Shown here piece by piece: positions 1 through 9,542 of a stretch of 64,000 nt of DNA (its first letter is position 1; each line of letters begins with the position of its first letter). Source of the stretch: Candidatus Campbellbacteria bacterium (GTDB taxonomy: Bacteria > Patescibacteriota > Minisyncoccia > Phycocordibacterales > EsbW-18). Below the pieces are notes generated by a model, which was given only the letters and a program-made list of their open reading frames with translations, did not search any database and was not told the origin of the DNA. The stretch spans positions 77,281 to 141,280 of the forward strand of contig JANLIT010000004.1 in assembly GCA_024653945.1 (NCBI GenBank), in the 5' to 3' direction. The position numbers and the translations under genes are program-made.

Positions 1-1843
1 CTTCGTTAGCTTCGTTAGCTTCAAAAACCCCAGTGGATTCTTCTTCGACCAACTCTTCACCTTCCTCTTCTACATCGTTCGCATCAACACCTTCTTTTTT
101 AAGAAATGTATTTTTTTCTTCCTCTGTATAAAAATAGTGAATCTCTTTTGCTTTCTTCACCTTATACAGTGGTGGTTGCGCAATGTAAATAAATCCGCCT
201 TCAATGAGCGGTTTGAAATATCGATAAAACAACGTAAGGAGCAATGTTCGAATATGCGCACCATCCACGTCGGCATCAGTTGCAATCACCACTTTGTGGT
301 AGCGAAGTTTTGAAATATCGAAGGTGTCCGAGATGGCCGTCCCGAGTGCAATGACAAGATTTTTAATTTGTTCAGAACCAAGCATACGGTCAAGTCGCGC
401 ACGTTCCACATTCAAAATTTTTCCACGTAGTGGCAAAATTGCCTGAGTACGACGATCGCGTCCTGTTTTTGCAGTACCTCCGGCTGATTCACCTTCCACA
501 ATAAAGAGTTCTGATTCACTTGCATCTTTTGTTTGGCAGTCGGCCAACTTTCCCGGAAGCGTCATTCCCTCAAGCGCACCCTTTCGCAAAATACTGTCCT
601 TTGCCGCTTTTGCTGCTTTGCGAGCGCGCAACGCGAGCACCACCTTGCCCATAACCGCCCTCGCCTCTTCTGGACGCTCCTCAAGAAACATAGTAAACGC
701 CTCTCCAAATACCGTTTCAACGGCGCCACGGGCCTCAACACTACCAAGTTTGGCCTTTGTTTGTCCTTCAAATTGAATCTCACGAAGCTTGACCGATACG
801 ACGGCAGAAAGGCCTTCAAGTACGTCATCCCCAGAAAAAGGACCGTCTGCCTCCTTAAGTATGTTTGTTTTTTTCGCGTAGGTATTAAGCGTTCTGGTCA
901 GTGCGGTTTTAAATCCGGTGATGTGCGTTCCACCCTCACCGTTGTACGTGTTGTTTGCGAATGCATAGATGTGGTCTGTCACATCGTCAACATACTGCAG
1001 TGCAACTTCTACATCAACGGTATCTTGTTCTTTTTCGATATAAAAAATTGTTTTGTGGAGTGATTTTTGAAATTCGTTTTGGTGACGAATAAATGACACA
1101 AGTCCGCCTTCAAAATAAAATGTCATTGATGGCGTTTCCAAACCAAGCTCACGCACGTACATTGTGCTATTGAAATCAATTTTTTCATCAATCTCTCGCG
1201 CGTCAATAACCGCAATACGAAGTCCACGCACCAAGTACGCTTGTTGTCGCATGTGATTTACAATCTTGTCCCAGTTGTAGATAATTTCTGGAAAAATTTC
1301 TGGGTCTGCCTCAAAGGTAGTTGTTGTCCCACGCAAATCAGAATTCTCCAATTTTTTGACACTACTCTTTGGTTTACCTCGCACATATTCCTGCATGTAG
1401 TGTCCCCCATCGCGGTACACATCAGCACGCACATATGATGAAAGTGCGTTCACTACAGATACACCGACTCCGTGAAGTCCTCCTGATACTTTGTATCCTT
1501 CTCCACCAAATTTTCCTCCTGCATGGAGAGTCGTCATGATGGTCTCAAGAGCCGACACGCCTGTTTGTTTGTGTTTATCAACCGGAACACCACGACCGTT
1601 GTCTGTTACACGAACGCGTTTTTCTGGAAGCAATACAACCTCAATATCATTTGCAAAACCACCCATCGCTTCATCGCGTGAGTTATCAAACACTTCCGTA
1701 ATGAGGTGGTGTAATCCATCAGGACCAGTCGTACCAATGTACATACCTGGACGTTTTCGCACAGGATCAAGCCCTTCCAGAACGGTGATATCTGAGGCTG
1801 TATATGAGGACTCCTTTGTTTTTGGTTCTGGCTTTTTGGGCAT
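1..1843 (-). CDS. gyrB: DNA gyrase subunit B (runs off window start)
   Basis: Not in ORF track. Minus-strand translation from ATG at 1843 gives ITVLEGLDPVRKRPGMYIG, VSGGLHGVGVSVVNALS, VEGESAGG, LPLRGKILNV and ATDADVDGAHIRTLLL. Confidence 0.97.
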   Translation of the reverse strand, partial: MPKKPEPKTKESSYTASDITVLEGLDPVRKRPGMYIGTTGPDGLHHLITEVFDNSRDEAMGGFANDIEVVLLPEKRVRVTDNGRGVPVDKHKQTGVSALETIMTTLHAGGKFGGEGYKVSGGLHGVGVSVVNALSSYVRADVYRDGGHYMQEYVRGKPKSSVKKLENSDLRGTTTTFEADPEIFPEIIYNWDKIVNHMRQQAYLVRGLRIAVIDAREIDEKIDFNSTMYVRELGLETPSMTFYFEGGLVSFIRHQNEFQKSLHKTIFYIEKEQDTVDVEVALQYVDDVTDHIYAFANNTYNGEGGTHITGFKTALTRTLNTYAKKTNILKEADGPFSGDDVLEGLSAVVSVKLREIQFEGQTKAKLGSVEARGAVETVFGEAFTMFLEERPEEARAVMGKVVLALRARKAAKAAKDSILRKGALEGMTLPGKLADCQTKDASESELFIVEGESAGGTAKTGRDRRTQAILPLRGKILNVERARLDRMLGSEQIKNLVIALGTAISDTFDISKLRYHKVVIATDADVDGAHIRTLLLTLFYRYFKPLIEGGFIYIAQPPLYKVKKAKEIHYFYTEEEKNTFLKKEGVDANDVEEEGEELVEEESTGVFEANEANE

Positions 1844-1938
1844 GAAAAATGATGACTTTGACCTGTTCAGTATAGCAAAAAACACCTCAAAAATAAAGGG
1901 TTTTGATGTGTTTTGGTGGGTATAAAAATGGCTTAAAA

Positions 1939-4350
1939 CTAGCGTACTTTCCACCCATCACGACCGTTTAATTCATCCGTAACCGCTTGCATAATAACGT
2001 TCACCTCATCGTCTGAAAGTGTTTTTTCATGGGATTGGAATACAAGGTGGTATGCGTATGATGTACGTCCGTCTTTTTTGTACGAGTCGTCAAACAGGTC
2101 TAGCCGTACCAGATACTCTCCGGCATTTTCTCTAATTATCTTTTCAACATCCGAACCCGTAAACTCATCCGGCACCCATACTGCAATATCACGCAACACA
2201 AATGGATATATTGACGAAGCGACATACTGCATAGAAGGTATGACCATTTCTGCTAAATTATACTCTGTCGGTTCAGAAAGATTTTCAACATACTCTGTAA
2301 GATTCATCAACCCACCATCCTCTCCCGTCACAAAAGTAAAATTGGCTGGTTTACCAAAGACATCTCCAATGTGTTTAAATGTATCAGCAATATTTCCTTT
2401 TGCACCAGACATAATTTCAAGCTCAATATGTTCACCATCTTTTGTAAAAACTGTTCCGATTTCGAAAAATTTTAATTTTGAAAAGTCGTAAATACCTAAT
2501 AGCGAGAGCATGTTACTGTTATATGCGAAGGCATCTCCAAGTCCTGTTTCTAAACTATTCCTCAAAAATCCCTTATCTCCTGCAAGTGAATTTGCAAGTT
2601 TAACTTCCCCCTTCTCTTGGAACGTGTACGTCATCACTTCTGAGAATCCGACACTAACAAGAATATCGCGTACTTTGTTTGTGTAATAAAACACCTTGTC
2701 CGTTTTCGATACTGATGCTAAAGGAAGTTGCTGTGCCGGAATGTGCTCATATCCGTACACACGTCCAACTTCTTCAAAAAGATCAGACGGCAAACGTATA
2801 TCTACACGCTCAAAAGGAATTGTGACTGAAAAACGTGGAGATGTATCAGTAACAACACGTTTATACCACTTTTCTTTTGCAAATGTTTTACTCTCAGAAA
2901 GTTTCTCTCGTACCACACCACCAACCGCAGAACCCGCATGAATAACCTCACCATTGCCTGCGTAGATGCCAACATGGTCAACACCGTGCCCAACTTCTGT
3001 TCCAGGGAGATACTCCAGCGTCTTCGTACGAATTGCTTCATCTTTGACCATAACGCCGAGTATTGAAGAATAATTTTCACCATCAATTGTACGTACTTCC
3101 TCTGTATTCGTGAATATAAAATCGCCGGGCAGTAGGTCTTTTTCGTCAATTGAATCCAGATAGACAAATTGGTCAATGGTAATTCGAGGTATACCAAATG
3201 TATACCCAGCCTCAATCGCACACCACGCGGTGAGAGTTGCACAATTGAACGCCTCGGGTGTGTCAAAACGAATGCGCGCCATGCGCTTATATGGGGCGCC
3301 GGTAACACCTTGAGCTTTTTGTACAATAACATCTCGAGGGTTTTCTATTTTTGTGTATGTAAATCCGAAACGGTCAAGAATTTTTACAAGCTCATTATCT
3401 GAAAGTGTTGTCCCAAGAAGTTTGTTCACTTCGTCTGATGAAACACCAATTTTATATGGGAGCGTTGCTCGAACCCTTTCAAAACCATCATACTCAATCA
3501 CATCACCTCCTGCAATATCTTTGATGAGCGTGACAAGTGCCTGAAGTGCATACAGCGGTAGCTCATCAGGAATTTCATTTTCAAAACGGTATGATGCATC
3601 AGTACGCAACTTTAATTTCTGAGATGCTTTTCGTGTAAGTGTGGGATGAAACTTTGCAGATTCCAAAATAATATCTTTTGTTGCAGTATCAACTTCTGCT
3701 TGGCTACCACCTTTAATGCCAGCAATTGCGATTGGTGTATCTCCTGAAGCATCAGTAATGAGTTGGATTGTTTCATCAAGTTCGTACCGCGTGCCACCAA
3801 GAACCTCAATACTTTCGCCAGCGCGTGCCATACGCACATGAATTGCTTTGCTACCCTCCACATCTCCCAGTTTTTGTGCGTCAAATGAATGAAGTGGCTG
3901 ACCTAACTCCAACATGACGAAGTTTGTAGCATCAACAACATTATTGATTGAACGCTGGCCGAGTGTTTCAAGTCGTTCCGTGAGCCATTTTGGCGATGGA
4001 CCAACGGTAATGCCTTTTACATATGCCGCCTGATACACAGGACATGCGTTTTCTTTTTCAACTGTAACAGTTAGTGCATTACTTTTTTCAAATGACGGAA
4101 CACTACCCGAAAGTGGGTCATGCGACAATGGAATGTTACATAAGACGGAAAATTCTTTTGCGATGCCTCGGTGACACAAACAATCATGTGCACGATTAGG
4201 CAACACTTTTACATCAAAAACCGTGTCTTCTCCAACAGCTTCTATTCCCTCAATTTCAAATGCACCAAAGGTGAGTATACATTCAAGTTCGCTCACTTTA
4301 GGAAGTGGGGAGTCAAAAAATGTTTGGAGCCATGCACGAGATACTTTCAT
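1939..4350 (-). CDS. pheT: Phenylalanyl-tRNA synthetase beta subunit with internal NlpC/P60 domain
   Basis: PNRAHDCLCHRGIAKE, SINNVVDATNFVMLELGQPLHSFD, RTDASYRFE, DLFEEVGRVYGY and a C-terminal FDX-ACB domain; adjacent to pheS. Confidence 0.96.
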   Translation of the reverse strand: MKVSRAWLQTFFDSPLPKVSELECILTFGAFEIEGIEAVGEDTVFDVKVLPNRAHDCLCHRGIAKEFSVLCNIPLSHDPLSGSVPSFEKSNALTVTVEKENACPVYQAAYVKGITVGPSPKWLTERLETLGQRSINNVVDATNFVMLELGQPLHSFDAQKLGDVEGSKAIHVRMARAGESIEVLGGTRYELDETIQLITDASGDTPIAIAGIKGGSQAEVDTATKDIILESAKFHPTLTRKASQKLKLRTDASYRFENEIPDELPLYALQALVTLIKDIAGGDVIEYDGFERVRATLPYKIGVSSDEVNKLLGTTLSDNELVKILDRFGFTYTKIENPRDVIVQKAQGVTGAPYKRMARIRFDTPEAFNCATLTAWCAIEAGYTFGIPRITIDQFVYLDSIDEKDLLPGDFIFTNTEEVRTIDGENYSSILGVMVKDEAIRTKTLEYLPGTEVGHGVDHVGIYAGNGEVIHAGSAVGGVVREKLSESKTFAKEKWYKRVVTDTSPRFSVTIPFERVDIRLPSDLFEEVGRVYGYEHIPAQQLPLASVSKTDKVFYYTNKVRDILVSVGFSEVMTYTFQEKGEVKLANSLAGDKGFLRNSLETGLGDAFAYNSNMLSLLGIYDFSKLKFFEIGTVFTKDGEHIELEIMSGAKGNIADTFKHIGDVFGKPANFTFVTGEDGGLMNLTEYVENLSEPTEYNLAEMVIPSMQYVASSIYPFVLRDIAVWVPDEFTGSDVEKIIRENAGEYLVRLDLFDDSYKKDGRTSYAYHLVFQSHEKTLSDDEVNVIMQAVTDELNGRDGWKVR

Positions 4351-4356
4351 ATATAG

Positions 4357-5076
4357 TTATTTGGTTGGAAATTGCATGGTTAGACGTAAATCACCTGTGT
4401 GGAATAATCGCACGTCATCAATTCCCCACTTGAGCATACAGAGTCGCTCAACACCGCCACCAAAAGCAAATCCTTGGTAGCGTTTTGGATCAATACCTGC
4501 ATTGTTGAGCACATTTGGATGCACCATACCTGCCCCCATCACCTCAATCCAACGATCGCGAAGTTTTGGAGTTACATGCTCGCCAGTCAAGCGCATATCA
4601 ACTTCAACTGACGGTTCGGTAAATCCAAAAAAGCTGGGGCGCAGTCGCACTTCAACCGTACCTCCAAAAAACTCCCTGAAAAATGTTTCAAGTACGCCTT
4701 TGAGGTGTGCCAGTGTTGTATCTTCTGAAACAACCAATCCCTCAAGTTGGTAGAACTGTGCCTCATGTGTCATGTCAGTTGCTTCGTTTCTGTACACCTT
4801 TCCTGGCACAATAATGCGAATTGGTGGCTCGTGTGTTTCCATGTAGCGAATCTGTACCGGCGACGTGTGGGTACGCAGTACGCGACCATCAGGGAGCCAG
4901 AAGGTGTCCTGCATGTCACGTGCAGGGTGATCTTTGGGAACATTGAGCGCGGTGAAGTTATGCCACTCATCTTCAATTTCTGGTCCTGTTGCAACCGAAA
5001 AACCCATACTACGGAAAATACGTTCAAAATCACGAATGGCGACAGTGAGTGGGTGGTAAAATCCTTTTTGTTCCAT
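4357..5076 (-). CDS. pheS: Phenylalanyl-tRNA synthetase alpha subunit (no N-terminal coiled coil)
   Basis: HPARDMQDTF, LRTHTSPVQ, FTEPSVE, GFAFGGGVERL. Confidence 0.97.
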   Translation of the reverse strand: MEQKGFYHPLTVAIRDFERIFRSMGFSVATGPEIEDEWHNFTALNVPKDHPARDMQDTFWLPDGRVLRTHTSPVQIRYMETHEPPIRIIVPGKVYRNEATDMTHEAQFYQLEGLVVSEDTTLAHLKGVLETFFREFFGGTVEVRLRPSFFGFTEPSVEVDMRLTGEHVTPKLRDRWIEVMGAGMVHPNVLNNAGIDPKRYQGFAFGGGVERLCMLKWGIDDVRLFHTGDLRLTMQFPTK

Positions 5077-5110
5077 GATGTACCGATTATACCTTTGATT
5101 CGACCTAAAA

Positions 5111-5138
5111 TAAAACAGTCGCTTGAGGCGACTGTTTT
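5111..5138. terminator. Intrinsic terminator-like hairpin
   Basis: AAAACAGTCGC-TTGAG-GCGACTGTTTT at the end of the methyltransferase gene. Confidence 0.7.
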
Positions 5139-5886
5139 ATTTTGTACCAACAACTACTCGCACCGCTAGCTTTCTTTCAATTTCACCCTTTTCACTCTTC
5201 ATCTTCTTAAAATATTTTTTGAGTCCATCTAATGCTTTTGATTTGAGTAGTGCGGGAACTGAATTCCAGATTGATACCGACTGAACATACTCCAGTGCGT
5301 TCGGAATAGAGAATAGTTCACTTTTTCTCCAGGCTCTTATTTTTATCTTTTTAAATCTGTTCTGGAGTAGACTAGTTTGTGGTTTATATAAGATATTCTT
5401 CCGAAAGTGGGCAACCTCTCGATGTATTGTTCTTATAATCATTCTCCTGTAACCCTCTCCCCAACTTTTCAGACCCATCTTGTTTACGATAAAAATAATC
5501 CCACCAGGCCTTAGAACTCGGCGAATTTCACTAATACTTTTCCTATCATTAAACCAATGGAACGCACCAAACGCAGTGACGACATCAAAGGTTCTGTCTT
5601 TAAACGGCAGGTTATTGGCATAACCAGTGACATATTTTTCATTGTTGATTTTTGGATATTTTTTTGCCGCTCGGAGCATGACTACATCGGGGTCACACCC
5701 TATAACATGTCCATACTTAGTAAGTTGTCTTGTAGAAATCCCTGTACCACATCCCAAATCTAGAATCAAAGAATCTTTGGTTGTTAGATTTTTTTTCAGA
5801 AAATTAAAAACCTCGGCTGGATATGGGCGCCGAGCTTTTTTATATTCTTTTACCAGTGCGCCGAACTTTCCAAGTTTACTTCTCAT
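5137..5886 (-). CDS. Class I SAM-dependent methyltransferase
   Basis: ILDLGCGTG, LPFKDRTFDVV, AFHWF, RVLRPGG. Confidence 0.9.
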   Translation of the reverse strand: MRSKLGKFGALVKEYKKARRPYPAEVFNFLKKNLTTKDSLILDLGCGTGISTRQLTKYGHVIGCDPDVVMLRAAKKYPKINNEKYVTGYANNLPFKDRTFDVVTAFGAFHWFNDRKSISEIRRVLRPGGIIFIVNKMGLKSWGEGYRRMIIRTIHREVAHFRKNILYKPQTSLLQNRFKKIKIRAWRKSELFSIPNALEYVQSVSIWNSVPALLKSKALDGLKKYFKKMKSEKGEIERKLAVRVVVGTK

Positions 5887-5908
5887 AGGACAAGTGTTCT
5901 CTTTGTTT

Positions 5909-5984
5909 TGGAGCCGCCTCCCAGATTCGAACTGGGGACCTACGCATTACAAGTGCGTTGCTCTACCAACTGAGCTAAGGCGGC
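5909..5984 (-). tRNA. tRNA-Thr(UGU)
   Basis: GCCGCCTTAGCTCAGTTGGTAGAGCAACGCACT-TGT-AATGCGTAGGTCCCCAGTTCGAATCTGGGAGGCGGCTCCA; 76 nt with encoded CCA. Confidence 0.97.
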
Positions 5985-6027
5985 GTGACTATATTCTACC
6001 TACTTATCATTACGTGCCAAACTAAAA

Positions 6028-6120
6028 GTGTTGCTCTCCCACCTCCCTTCGGTCGGATTCAAAACAAAGCAGTTTGTTTTTTATCCAACTGAGCTAAGGC
6101 GGCGTGGCTATATTTTACCT
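6028..6120 (-). pseudogene. Duplicated 5' part of tRNA-Thr interrupted by a 46-nt hairpin insert in the D-loop
   Basis: 6085-6120 matches 5966-6001 with 2 mismatches; after the insert the tRNA sequence resumes (AGAGCAAC) and then stops matching. Confidence 0.8.
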
Positions 6121-6132
6121 CGTCACAAACCA

Positions 6133-6537
6133 CTACTCTACAGGGTTTTCCTGAGAAATTCCACCCTGTATCTTTTTCTTGTGATCATAGAGATGTTTAA
6201 AATACTCTGATGAAACCTTTCCTTGCGCAACAAGCTTCTCTCCTCGTGCAGCTCGAATCATGTGTGCCGCAACAAGAACAACAATGGTACGGCCCCATGT
6301 TAGGAGTGTGTGAAAAACATATAACACAATGTCTCGTACCGCCTGAACAACGAGCACAACAAAATGTACGACACGACCTCGAATATGGAGAAAATGGTCT
6401 CGTACGACAGGAGAATGTCTCTGTAAAAAGAGTGTGAGTGTTGTTGTTGAACTCCGTTTTATTTCCCACTCTTTAAATGCAAAGAAAAGTGAGAGAAGAA
6501 AGAGCGATCCACCAAATGTACTAATGAGTGCTGTCAT
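6133..6537 (-). CDS. Hypothetical membrane protein
   Basis: 134-aa ORF co-oriented with tsf, with hydrophobic segments. Confidence 0.7.
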   Translation of the reverse strand: MTALISTFGGSLFLLSLFFAFKEWEIKRSSTTTLTLFLQRHSPVVRDHFLHIRGRVVHFVVLVVQAVRDIVLYVFHTLLTWGRTIVVLVAAHMIRAARGEKLVAQGKVSSEYFKHLYDHKKKIQGGISQENPVE

Positions 6538-6563
6538 AATGAGGATTTTCTCAACACCAGACG

Positions 6564-7028
6564 CTATACAGAAAACTTACAGAAACGTCCGAGTTGTGTT
6601 CGTTCGCCAAATTTTTGCACCGCGCCATCAATAAGTCCCCCAAGCGTTATGTCAGGATTCTTAAAAAATGGTTGTTTCAAAATCTCTTCCACACCTGCTT
6701 CTAGTATAGCATCGTCCGTTGCGGCAATTTGCATAGCAAAATCTTTCGCAAGTTCTTGAAATTCGGGATTTCGAGCAACAAAATCTGTTTCACACTGCAA
6801 TTCCGCAAGCGCACCGATAGCTCCGTGGTTGTGAATGTATGCTTGAACAGAACCAGAACCAAGTGCCCGGTCTGATTTTTTGGAAGCAATCGTTGCTCCT
6901 TTTTCACGCAAAATATCCAGCGCCTTCTCAATATCACCCCCCGAACTTTCAAGGGCATCTTTACACTGGTTGAGCGGTAGACCTGTTCGGTCACGCAACT
7001 GCTTCACATCGAGAGCGGTAACAGCCAT
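6564..7028 (-). CDS. tsf: Elongation factor Ts (short form)
   Basis: VKQLRDRTG..CKDAL, ELQCETDFVARN; start placed at MAVTALD. Confidence 0.95.
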   Translation of the reverse strand: MAVTALDVKQLRDRTGLPLNQCKDALESSGGDIEKALDILREKGATIASKKSDRALGSGSVQAYIHNHGAIGALAELQCETDFVARNPEFQELAKDFAMQIAATDDAILEAGVEEILKQPFFKNPDITLGGLIDGAVQKFGERTQLGRFCKFSV

Positions 7029-7052
7029 ATGTTTTAAAAAATTAATGAACAA

Positions 7053-7856
7053 TTATTTCTTTGCGACGTGTGTGGGTGCTACGCGAGCGCCCCGTCGAGC
7101 AGGTCGTTCGTCTGGAGCAACGGGCTTTCGTTCGGGCATCGCCGCTTTTGCTGGCACACGTTTGGAACCCGTGCTGTATGCTTTTGCAATTCGGTCAATA
7201 ACGTACGTAATAGTTCCAATACTTGCATCGTTACACGGAACAACATATGTAATGTCTCGCACGTCACAGTCAGAATTTGAAAGTGCAATAATTGGAATCT
7301 TGAGCATGAGTGCTTCTGCTCGAGCAATCTTCTCAAATTGAGGGTCAACAATCACCATAGCTCCCGGAAGGTGTGAGAGTGTTCGGATACCACCAAACAT
7401 CTCATCCAGACGCTTTATCTGTCGGTCAATCATCAATCGTTCTTTCTTTGTATACTTCGTAAGTGTCCCTTTTTCTCGCTCATCAGAAAGTGTTAAAAGC
7501 TTTTCAACCCGTTTGTGAATGATATCAAAATTAGAAAGTGTTCCTCCAACCCATCGTCCTGCTACAAACGGAGCGCCTGCAAGGATGGCTGCTGAAGAAA
7601 TAGCTGTTTGTGCTTCTCGCTTACCTCCCACAAAGAGAACTTTCTTTCCTGTTGCTGCTAGATTTTCAACAAATGCACATGCCTCATTGAGGGCCTCTGC
7701 TGTCTTTTCCAAGTCAAAAATCTCAACATTGTTTTTTACGCCAAAAATGTACTTCTTTGTTGTTGGATGTCGGCGTGCCTTTGGGTACCCATAATGAGCC
7801 CCTACTGTAAAGAGTTCTCCGACGGCTACTTTTATATCAGTTTCTGTAGTGGTCAT
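7053..7856 (-). CDS. rpsB: 30S ribosomal protein S2
   Basis: GAHYG, RWVGGTLSNF, VPCND; rpsB-tsf synteny. Confidence 0.96.
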   Translation of the reverse strand: MTTTETDIKVAVGELFTVGAHYGYPKARRHPTTKKYIFGVKNNVEIFDLEKTAEALNEACAFVENLAATGKKVLFVGGKREAQTAISSAAILAGAPFVAGRWVGGTLSNFDIIHKRVEKLLTLSDEREKGTLTKYTKKERLMIDRQIKRLDEMFGGIRTLSHLPGAMVIVDPQFEKIARAEALMLKIPIIALSNSDCDVRDITYVVPCNDASIGTITYVIDRIAKAYSTGSKRVPAKAAMPERKPVAPDERPARRGARVAPTHVAKK

Positions 7857-7919
7857 AGTGTTTGATGAAAAGAGCCCCGTAGGGCAACGTGTCAAAGATA
7901 CCAGAGACAGACGCGAGAA

Positions 7920-8885
7920 TCAAGCCTCTTTTTGAGGAGTATCCGAAGCCACCGCCAACGCTTTAATAATACGAGAAATGTCACCTCCGAGGATTCCGGG
8001 GATATTTGACCAACTTTCCTTGATGCGGTGGTCAGTCACACGGTCTTGGGGAAAGTTGTATGTACGAATTTTCTCAGAACGATCGCCTGTTCCAATCTGC
8101 GCCTTTGTTTCTGTAGACAAATCCTTCATTGCTTTATCCGATTCAAGTACTTCAAGTTTTGCCAAAAGCATTTCCATTGCCTTGTCACGGTTTCTTTGCT
8201 GGCTTCGCTCTGCCTGCGAACGAACCGCAAGGCCCGTTGGTTTGTGCACAATACGAACCGCCGTTTCAACCTTGTTCACGTTTTGTCCTCCCGCACCTCC
8301 CGCACGTGAAAATTCCATTTCAATATCTGCAGGATTTATTTCAAGTGTATGTTTTTTTCGGAGAGGAAGAATGGCGACTGATGCGGTTGATGTATGAATG
8401 CGCCCCGATTTTTCGGTTGCAGGAATACGTTGAATGCGGTGCACACCCGTTTCAAAACGGAGTTCTTTAAACACGCCCTTTCCAGAAATCTCAAATGATG
8501 CATCTTTATACCCGCCCATCGTTGCACGTGATTCATCCAACGTGGTAACTTGCCAACCCTTTATTTCAGCATAGTGTTGATACATCAACGCCAAAAGCTC
8601 GGCAAATAACGCCGCTTCTTCCCCACCTGCTCCAGCACGCACTTCCAAAATAATGTCATTGGGAGATTCTTCAACACCTTTTTCCTCTTTTTCCATTCCT
8701 TCAATCTGCTCAATAATACCTTTCTCTGATGCATCAATTTGCGTCAAATCATCCTTTGCTAAATCCGCCAAGGATGGGTCTGCTTCAATGGTCATGAGCA
8801 CATCTTTTCGTTCTTTCGCAAGACGTTCAAGCTCGTGTGCCAAAAAAGCAGTTTTATGATTTTGTTTTAGTTTTTCGAGATCCAT
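7920..8885 (-). CDS. prfA: Peptide chain release factor 1
   Basis: GGQ motif, RF1-type PAT tripeptide (RIPATE), [16 protein letters not shown]. Confidence 0.95.
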   Translation of the reverse strand: MDLEKLKQNHKTAFLAHELERLAKERKDVLMTIEADPSLADLAKDDLTQIDASEKGIIEQIEGMEKEEKGVEESPNDIILEVRAGAGGEEAALFAELLALMYQHYAEIKGWQVTTLDESRATMGGYKDASFEISGKGVFKELRFETGVHRIQRIPATEKSGRIHTSTASVAILPLRKKHTLEINPADIEMEFSRAGGAGGQNVNKVETAVRIVHKPTGLAVRSQAERSQQRNRDKAMEMLLAKLEVLESDKAMKDLSTETKAQIGTGDRSEKIRTYNFPQDRVTDHRIKESWSNIPGILGGDISRIIKALAVASDTPQKEA

Positions 8886-8895
8886 ACGTATAACC

Positions 8896-8981
8896 AAATT
8901 CAAAGTTCAAATATCAAAGTTCAAAAAATTTTAGTTTTATATTTTTACTTTTTTGGATTTTGTGCTTTGAGTTTTGTGCTT
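8896..8981. repeat. Degenerate heptamer tandem repeats in inverted arrangement
   Basis: CAAATTC AAAGTTC AAATATC AAAGTTC, then TTTTGGA TTTTGTG CTTTGAG TTTTGTG. Confidence 0.55.
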
Positions 8982-9054
8982 AATAGATATCATTCAGTAT
9001 AACAAAACAGCCATATCCAGAAAGGACACAACTGTCGTGTAATTATCTGTGGAG

Positions 9055-9339
9055 TTACTTCTCTGATTCAACCTCAAGAGAAGCCTTTTTGGTTTTCTTT
9101 GCGGTTGCGTGCTTCTTTGCTTCCTCACGCTTAGCTGCAGTTGTTGATTGACGAGTTTTGAATTTCTCCATACGTCCAGCGAGAATCTTCTTGCTCTCGT
9201 CACCTACGTAAAAGGGGTGGCACGCAGAACACACTTCGACGTCTATCTTTTCTTTCGTCGAACCTACGGTGAATGTGTTCCCACAGGCGCATTTAACGGC
9301 CGCCTTTAAGAAATATGCTGGGTGTATATCGGATTTCAT
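9055..9339 (-). CDS. rpmE: 50S ribosomal protein L31
   Basis: [21 protein letters not shown] (zinc-binding type). Confidence 0.96.
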   Translation of the reverse strand: MKSDIHPAYFLKAAVKCACGNTFTVGSTKEKIDVEVCSACHPFYVGDESKKILAGRMEKFKTRQSTTAAKREEAKKHATAKKTKKASLEVESEK

Positions 9340-9458
9340 CCCGTTAGAGATAGAAAACGCTTTGCGTTTCCGTAGTTATTTGTACAAAATCAAGATATTC
9401 GAACATCTTGGACTATTCCCTCCCGTTTCTTTTCGTAACTGAACAATCTCTAACGGGA
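9339..9458 (-). mobile_element. MITE-like element, copy 1 (120 bp)
   Basis: Perfect 13-bp TIR TCCCGTTAGAGAT/ATCTCTAACGGGA flanked by TTCA direct repeats (9335-9338, 9459-9462). Confidence 0.8.
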
Positions 9459-9542
9459 TTCATAGCCGGTGTACTGTACCAAAAAGACCCGAAATAATCA
9501 AGAGGAACACGGTTTTTGAATATTTGGATCCAAAAATTACTA

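Noticed and set aside
533-1925. Plus-strand ORFs 533..1063 and 1491..1925
   Set aside because: Antisense shadows of gyrB; the same applies to most short overlapping ORFs in the track.
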